A stretch of DNA of 64,000 nt from Macrostomum lignano (Eukaryota): contig NIVC01000690.1 in the NCBI GenBank assembly GCA_002269645.1, forward strand, positions 1 through 64,000, in the 5' to 3' direction. The first letter of the stretch is position 1, and the number at the start of each line of letters is the position of its first letter. Shown here piece by piece: positions 56,578 through 64,000 of the stretch. The translations under genes and the position numbers were made by a program. Under the pieces are notes generated by a model. It saw only the letters and a program-made list of their open reading frames with translations. It was not told where the DNA came from and ran no database searches.

Positions 56578-57328
56578 CACTGCACTCATTTGTATCTGGT
56601 TCCCTTATTTTTAAAAGTTTAGAAATAAAGTTTCTGTACAAATCAATCAGGCTCACATGCATTTTATGTTTATATTGATTTCTATTGCACTGAATTTGCA
56701 GAATCCCTGCCTTCGACTTGAGTTGTGTTAACGCATTTATAAGTAAGCTACAGAGCTATAGACCATTAGCATTACGGAACAATTGCATTAGAACAGATAT
56801 TTAAAAACAAGGGTTTTAAGTTTACCCCACTGTAATTACAGTGCTTTTTATCATCATTTGTTTCTCCTTTTCATGTGCTTATCCACGCCTTGAACCCTTT
56901 GTTGATGTAGATAGAACTCGTCTTCTTTTCCTTTTTATCCTCTTTGATCTGTAGTAGATAAAAAGTTGATAAAAATCTCTTTGCCGAGTCAAGTCAACGG
57001 AAATGGAATCTGGGCTTTCACTAGCTTATCAAACGCAACTTTGATATGCCTCTGCTTAGCTTTTGTTAATTATTTTAGTCCCTGTTACCGAAATGACAGG
57101 TAGTTGTCTTTCAAGTTCTTTCGGTTAGATACAAAGGGTGCTAGCTGGGATAGTGATCGTTTGGGCACTACTTTCTACAACAGCATCTAAATTGCGTAAA
57201 GCAGCAAGTAGTTTAAAGAAAAACTATCAATGGTCTAGTTGAGTGTTGATTTTTTTTCTCTAGCACTTTTATTGGCTGAGTTATGGCCCATCGCGTGGTG
57301 ATATCTATGGCCGTGAGTTGCTATTTCA

Positions 57329-57949
57329 CTAGCTGCGGGTGACAGATTGCGCTCTAAAGCTGCAAATTGCAGCATCAAAGGATCCAGATCGAAGGAAAGC
57401 GTTGCAAATGCTCTTCATGATAAGATTGGCGGCATGAAAGGCTTTATCATTTATTATGTCAATCGCTCGCAACTTCATAATATGGCGAAACAAACCAGAT
57501 CGGACTCCAACCACAGTGTTTGGTAAATAGAAGGAACCGTCAGACTTCCTCAATCCAGCATAAAAGTACCTCACGAATTTAGCTATATCATCCACAGAGG
57601 CAACTTTGAGATCTAGTTGTACACCATTGTCAGTCAGAAACTTCTCGAAACGACCGACGGAAGCCAATTCCTTTGCAATGGTTGATTGACACTGATTCTC
57701 ACGTTCAACTTGCTGAGCAAGGCTCTCCAGTTCATCCAGACTTGCATTCGACATCGGGTCAGTCGCTAGCAGCTTCTCTAAATCGGCGTCAGCAATTGCA
57801 TCCAACATGGGCAGCAGCCATTCGTTCTCTCTTTCCCACTTGCTAGAAATGGCTGCAATTGCCACCTCTTCGGATGACAAACCGTCGACGGTTGCGTATC
57901 GCATGTCCATAAGCGGAGGAAGAATCGACGGCTTGATTAGAGAAACCAT
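57329..57949 (-). pseudogene. Truncated Crypton/DUF3504-type tyrosine recombinase-like fragment (core-binding region only)
   Basis: FVRYFYAGLRKSDGSFYLPNTVVGVRSGLFRHIMKLRAIDIINDKAFHAAN matches the recalled RKxDGxxYxPxT...GLxRH...DIxxDxxF pattern of Crypton/KCTD1/ZMYM/QRICH1 proteins. The ORF stops inside the left TIR before any catalytic domain. Confidence 0.6.
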
Positions 57950-58249
57950 TGCTTTGTTTTTATGGTGGCAACTAGCTTTCAATTGTAATCTCCTTTCGTT
58001 ACCCCCTCCCCTCACCATCTCCAGCGTGCAAACCTCCTTTTTTGGGCAGAATGTAAAATTTAAGAATCAAATAAGAATAAGATTCATGCACGCGCACTCG
58101 TGCTTTTGCCAATGACGCACTCGTTAGCGTTCAAGAATCCTAACAGTCTACCCTGCAATCCCTCTGCTTAATCAGTCTTTAAGCAAATCAGTTTAACAAT
58201 TGGCACAAGTTAACCATTCAGTATGCTAAATTTTGCTAAAAAACACAAG

Positions 58250-58378
58250 ATGGCATCAGCTTCAAAGAAAGACCTCAAACCAACAATGCGTGGCGTCATT
58301 CGCTTTTGGATTGACAGCGGACGCACAAATGTGGCTGAACTGCACGCAGAGCTTGTTGCGACATATGGGGATGTTTGA
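58250..58378 (+). pseudogene. Mariner transposase N-terminal HTH remnant (42 codons)
   Basis: MASASKKDLKPTMRGVIRFWIDSGRTNVAELHAELVATYGDV* followed in frame by RTV, resembling RxVIxF...G...EIHxELxxxYG...RTV of mariner HTH. Not in the ORF track. Confidence 0.6.
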
Positions 58379-58721
58379 AGAACAGTTGTGTCCCCGTTTG
58401 ACCCTTGACCCTCCAATCCTAGTGGCTTTAAACTTTTATCTTTCAGCAGCTAGTGAAATTGCAACTTATGGCCATAGATATCACCACGTGATGGGCCATG
58501 ACGCAGCTAATAAAAGTGCTAGAGAAAAAAATCAACACTCATCTAGACCATTGATAGTTTTTCTTTAAACTACTTGCTGCTTTACGCAATTTAGATGCTG
58601 TTGTAGAAAGTAGTGCCCAAACGATCACTATGGCAGCTAGCACCTGTATATGTGTATTTGTATGTGTATTTTTATATGCCAATCCTCATATTGTAAAAGT
58701 ATTTTGTACCCTACTTGATTA

Positions 58722-59722
58722 GCAATTATCCCCAACCCGATTAGCGGTAATCTTCAATCCGATTAGCGATAATCCCCAATCCGATTAGCGATAATCTCCA
58801 ACCAGTTAAGCGATAATCCCCAACCAGATTAGCGATAATCCCCAACCAATTAGCGATAATCCCCAATCCGATTAGTGATAATCTCCAATGCGATTAGTGA
58901 TAATCTCCAACCAGATTAGCGATAATCCCCAACCAGATTAGCGATAATCCCCAACCTGATTAGCGATAATCGCCAACCTAATTAGCGATAATCGCCAACC
59001 TGATTAGCGATAATCCCCAACCTGATTAGCGATAAACCCCAACCTGATTAGCAATAAACCTCAACCTGATTAGGGATAAACCCAACCAGATTAGCGATAA
59101 TCCCCAACCAGATTAGCGATTGTCCCCAACCAGATTAGCGATAATCCCCAACCAGATTAGCGATTGTCCCCAACCAGATTAGCGATAATCCCCAGCCAGA
59201 TTAGCGATAATCCCCAACCTGATTAGCGATAATCGCCAACCTAATTAGCGATAATCGCCAACCTGATTAGCGATAATCCCCAACCTGATTAGCGATAAAC
59301 CCCAACCTGATTAGCGATAAACCTCAACCTGATTAGGGATAAACCCAACCAGATTAGCGATAATCCCCAACCAGATTAGCGATTGTCCCCAACCAGATTA
59401 GCGATAATCCCCAACCAGATTAGCGATTGTCCCCAACCAGATTAGCGATAATCCCCAGCCAGATTAGCGATAATCCCCAACCAGATTAGCGATAATCCCC
59501 AGCCAGATTAGCGATAATCCCCAAGCAGATTAGCGATAATCCCCAGCCAGATTAGCGATAATCCCCAACCAGATTAGCGATAATCCCCAACCAGATTAGT
59601 GATAGTCCCCAACCAGATTAGCGATAATCCCCAGCCAGATTAGCGATAATCCCCAACCAGATTAGCCATAATCCCCAGCCAGATTAGCGATAATCCCCAA
59701 CCAGATTAGCCATAATCCCAAC
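58722..59722. repeat. 22-bp minisatellite
   Basis: AGATTAGCGATAATCCCCAACC repeated about 45 times. Confidence 0.96.
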
Positions 59723-60503
59723 TAGTTTAACAATTTGTGTGCGCTGTAGGTGGGAAAATAATTATCAAGAAAGTGCACTCAATAGTCTACTTGCTCAGAT
59801 CCTTGAGTCCTTGTTTGTATTAAAATTCTTCAATAATGGTGAAGTGCAATTCCACAGACATTGCAAAGGACGAACGCTGTTAGCTTAATGCATAGCAAAT
59901 TTTGTTTATATGCTCTTAGAAATTGATTGATTGCACATGAATTCATCATTCTGTGATAGAAGTACTTTGATTAGCCTAGGTTTTTTTCTAACTACGAGCG
60001 TAGTTACTATCTGAGAAACTATATGGCGTAATTAATAATTAATTTAATGTAGTAGTTAATCAGCTGATATATTTAGCTCTGAATCAGTAAAGGTGCTATT
60101 TCATTTACTCTAGGCTTATCTATATCGTAAACATTGTAATGTAAAATAGCTCCTACTAATGCTTAGTTGTTCTTAACTTAGCACATTCTTCATTTTGAGT
60201 TACTGAGGGCAGAGTGGGGCCACATGGGATTGCGATCCTGCTGCTGCTGGGCACCCTCCAGCAGTCACATGGCTCTGGCCTCGGTGTATATCTTATGTTA
60301 TTGTGTCCCTAGCGTATTGGCTGCTAGTGTTTATCATTGTCATGATTACTCTTAGTAACTTGCAGTTCCACCGCTGCTCTGCTTCCATTCGCAGTGGGTG
60401 CAGGACTTTCGCGACAAAGTGATGCTGGAGGATGAGTCTCGCATACCTGTTGTACTTCTGGCTAATAAGGTGAGTGCGGGCTGTCTGTCTGTCTGTCTGT
60501 CTT

Positions 60504-60542
<39 letters not shown>

Positions 60543-60551
60543 GCCTTTCTA

Positions 60552-60594
<43 letters not shown>

Positions 60595-60631
60595 TTCTGT
60601 CTGTCTGTCTGTCTGTCTGTCTGCCTTTCTA

Positions 60632-60664
<33 letters not shown>

Positions 60665-60691
60665 GTGTCTGTCTGTCTGTCTGTCTGTCTT

Positions 60692-60728
<37 letters not shown>

Positions 60729-60951
60729 GTCTGTCTGTCTGTGTGTCTTTGTCTTTCTATCTGTATGTCTGTCTGTCTTTGTCTTTCTATCTGTCTGTCT
60801 GTCTGTCTTTGTCTTTCTATCTGTCTGTCTGTCTTTGTCTTTCTATCTGTCTGTCTGTCTTTGTCTTTCTATCTGTCTGTCTGTCTTTGTCTATCTGTCT
60901 GTCTGTCTGTCTTTATCTTTCTATCTGTCTGTCTGTCTTTGTCTTTCTATC

Positions 60952-61788
60952 TGTGATGATGGGGCTCAAGGGCTCGGTCCTTTCGTGCCCCTTTCCCAGA
61001 CCCGGGTTCGTGTACTGACCCTGGCTGCGGTCCTCCACTGACACGCGTACGACGCGGTGTCCGTCGGGACTAGGCTGCTCGAGCGTACGACGCACGACAG
61101 CCTACAGACTCGCGTACGACGCAGAGCTGCTTGGGGTGGGACCGGCGTACGACGCACTTAATCCCTCTAAGGTGCCTAGTACAGATGCAGACCCAAATGA
61201 CGTACAAATTGGAAGGCTTACCAGCCGCGATTTCAGTCGTACAAGAAACAGCGCCGTCAGAGCAGTGGTGATCTCGATATTCTTTACTTATATATTTGTC
61301 TAGCAATTCTGCGAGGAATAGCAATTCAGCAACCAACGCTGGCACAATCGCCGAGGAGCCACGAAGACGACGAGAATGGGGTCTCACGGGGCTCTGAATA
61401 AATAGGCAGCAAACTGGGGGTCGAGGGCGCGGGATAAAGGCAGAAAAGGGGGCTTAGACATCAGCCAAGGCAACGCATGAGCTGTACCAGCCAATCGCCG
61501 GGGCGCAGCACGGCAGACTGGGACTGGCAGCCAATCACAAACAGGGGCGGGGCAGCAAAGCTAACAAAATAATGGGGCGGGGTCGCACAGGGGGGGGGGG
61601 TCGCACGCAGAGCATGGGGGGTTGACTCAACAGAAAAGGTCTAGGCAGGGAGGGGAGGGGTACGCACGCGCAGAAGTGCAGGTGAGTGAGTCAGAAAATA
61701 TCTAAGGAGGGGGGAGGGGGAGAGGACGGCCCACTGGCCCGGTGCAGCAACTTAGCAAAGAGCACACTGTCATAACACATTCATGACA
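60952..61788 (-). mobile_element. Probable solo LTR (837 bp) inserted in a GTCT microsatellite
   Basis: TGTGATGA...TCATGACA near-inverted termini (TG...CA), TATC on both flanks, GC boxes and CCAAT at 61490-61585, TATATAA on the minus strand near 61290, no ORF. Confidence 0.6.
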
Positions 61789-61824
61789 TATCTGTCTGTC
61801 TGTCTTTGTCTATCTGCCTATCTG

Positions 61825-61861
<37 letters not shown>

Positions 61862-61890
61862 TTGTCTATCTGTCTGTCTGTCTTTGTCTA

Positions 61891-61939
<49 letters not shown>

Positions 61940-61962
61940 TTGTCTGTCTGTCTGTCTGTCTG

Positions 61963-61999
<37 letters not shown>

Positions 62000-62057
62000 T
62001 TGTCTATCTGTCTGTCTGTCTTTGTCTATCTGTCTGTCTGTCTGTCTGTCTGTCTGG

Positions 62058-62101
<44 letters not shown>

Positions 62102-62160
62102 GTGTCTGTCTGTCTCTGTGTCTGTCTATCTGTCTGTCTTTCTGTCTGCCTGTCTGTCTT
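61789..62160. repeat. (GTCT)n microsatellite, right half of the run split by the LTR-like element
   Basis: Left half lies at 60481-60951. Confidence 0.95.
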
Positions 62161-62617
62161 TAGCCTGGCATTCGCACTCAGCATCAATCAAACGAACCCC
62201 CGCCCCACCCAGGCCGACCTGACCCAACGCAATACCAGATCGCAGACGAGATTGTCGAGTCGCTGAGCCTTGATCTCCAAAGTCAGCTCCAACTCCAAGC
62301 TCACCTCAAATACAGTGGCGCATGCATTATCCAATAGTCGTGGCCTTTGTGTTGGGAAAATTTTCCCCAGATGTAAGAGACTATGTTAGCTCTCTATTGG
62401 CTCAGCGGCTTCATTGGCTGCCGTGTCTTCCCTTATTCTCAGTCTCCCTCTCTCCATTCAACAAGCCTATAAAACTGCCTCCCTGACTGCCTGCTCAGCT
62501 CTCTTCGCTGCCAACTATTTTGTTATCGAAATTGAGGCGAGTTTTCCAACAGGAAACGACATTTTACGCTGGTTAATTATTTGTGATTATAAAAATAATA
62601 AGCTCTAGTTGAGGCCA

Positions 62618-63174
62618 ATGTCTCGCTTTGTTGTTCTGTCTCTGGCGGCCCTGCTGCTTGTGTCAACTCTGTTGGTTTCGTCTGCTTCTGCCGCCGCTGC
62701 TGCTTCTGGCGGTCCGCCGAGTCGCCCGTCGGCGGCCAGCAGCGCCAGGCAGTCGCAGTCGGCGATCGTTGAAGACGAGAACACCGACGATTCCGCTATC
62801 CTACCGTTGGAATATTTCCCGCTAATGGAGCCCCACCATCGCTGCCTGTTTGTCTGCCGCTACTGCTACCAGCATAATGTAAATGCAATTTTCTTCTCTC
62901 TTAACACTACTGACTTCAATAAGTAGACAATTAGCAAATTAACATTAAATTTTTTATTGCATTTACAAATTTTTATGACTATGTTTTTATCCTACTATTA
63001 GTAGTTTTTTTCTTAAAAACGAGAAATATTCCGTTTCAGACCGCCGGCCTGCTGCACTGTGCCAACAATTGGTGCCTGGCCCGCGTTAAGAACATGCTGA
63101 AACTGCCGCGTAGCGCCTACCGGGAGTGCCCGGCCATGGGCCTGGTTGACTTGGCCGGTCGAAGCGTCGCTTAA
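62618..63174 (+). CDS. Secreted 6-Cys peptide precursor, eclosion hormone-like (131 aa)
   Basis: Exons 62618-62878 and 63040-63174 (phase 0, GT-AG). Signal peptide MSRFVVLSLAALLLVSTLLVSSASA, acidic pro-region, then CLFVCRYCYQHNTAGLLHCANNWC...REC. The gene model is solid; the EH identity is tentative. Confidence 0.7.
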
Positions 63175-63639
63175 TTAAATGAGAACTTGTGAACCTGCTG
63201 ACCCCGAACTATTCTGCGTTTTTGTAGCGCTGACAATACGGATGAGACCATTTTTAACAAGTGCGCCGCGCGATAGCGGAGAATGCAAACCCAGAATAAG
63301 CACGAGAGGTGATTATATTGTCGAAAGAAAGTTTTTTTCGATACATATCGTTCGGTAAGAATAATATCAAAAAAATATTAATAATCAAGACTAATCACCT
63401 CTGGTGGCTTCTAAACATTCGTAATAACATGATTATTAACATTATTGGTCAATGCGGTTGGCAAAATAATAAAGCAGATTCCGTTTCGTCTGTGATGTTT
63501 GGCAGAATGATTCGTTTTGTTTGAATTATTTCACTTCACAGTACTTAGAATATGGAATGTGTGTAGGAATCCTGACCGAGCTCCGGCTATACATTGCCTG
63601 GGTTTTTCGGTGGGATCTGTCATAATTGACAGCTCTACT

Positions 63640-63887
63640 GTATCTGTCTGTCTGTCTAATCTATCTGTCTGTCTGTCTGTCTATCTGTCTAATCTATCAA
63701 TCTATCTATCGAATCTTCTGTCTGTCTATCTAATCTGTATGCCTAATCTATCTGTCTGTCTGTCTATTTCCCTGTCTGTCTATCTATCTAATCTATCAAT
63801 CTATCTATCGAATCTGTTTGTCTGTCTGTCTATCTATCTAATCTATCAATCTATCTATCGAATCTGTTTGTCTGTCTGTCTATCTAG

Positions 63888-63963
<76 letters not shown>

Positions 63964-64000
63964 ATCTGTCTGTCTATCTATCTATCTATCTATCTATCTA
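63640..64000. repeat. Mixed (GTCT)/(TATC)n microsatellite, runs off the window
   Basis: Direct reading. Confidence 0.95.

Larger units (their letters stand above)
57132..58646. mobile_element. Non-autonomous TIR DNA transposon, Tc1/mariner-like ends, 200-bp inverted repeats
   Basis: 57137-57336 is the reverse complement of 58446-58644 (about 10 mismatches and 1 gap by hand alignment). Ends read TA|CAAAGGGTG and TA|CAGGTG, with TA at 57130-57131 and 58647-58648. Confidence 0.8.
60353..62290 (+). pseudogene. Partial duplicate of the Rab gene (exon 4 intact; exon 5-like segment frameshifted and deleted)
   Basis: 60395-60469 copies exon 51904-51978 (3 differences, both splice sites intact). 62213-62290 reads CAG|GCCGACCTG...CAGATCGCAGACGAGATTGTCGAGTCGCTGAGCC...AAAGTCAGC and aligns to the exon 5 start with a frameshift. 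Confidence 0.75.

Overview
Eukaryotic, intron-containing, extremely minisatellite/microsatellite-rich animal DNA. Gene style and repeat landscape suggest a free-living flatworm such as Macrostomum; this is inference, not established from the sequence. Genes reconstructed by hand from GT-AG boundaries: a Musashi-family RRM gene on the minus strand (5 exons, only RRM1 found), then a co-oriented plus-strand run of proteasome alpha-1 (PSMA1, 3 exons), trifunctional GART (9 exons, no own ATG found, last exon tandemly duplicated), a HIG1-domain gene (HIGD2A-like), a Rab32/38/29-subfamily GTPase with His at the catalytic Gln position (5 exons), a partial pseudogenic copy of that Rab interrupted by a probable solo LTR, and a secreted 6-Cys peptide precursor resembling eclosion hormone. 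The first 5.7 kb is a 624/625-bp tandem array in which every unit holds a splice-competent phase-1/phase-1 237-nt open exon, ending in a stop-containing exon and AATAAA. At 57.1-58.6 kb, 200-bp inverted repeats flanked by TA enclose a mariner-like HTH remnant and a divergently oriented Crypton/DUF3504-like tyrosine-recombinase fragment. Nearly every long ORF in the supplied track outside these genes is a simple-repeat artefact. No rRNA, tRNA or CRISPR array was recognised. Family assignments come from motif recall, not database searches, and repeat boundaries are approximate.
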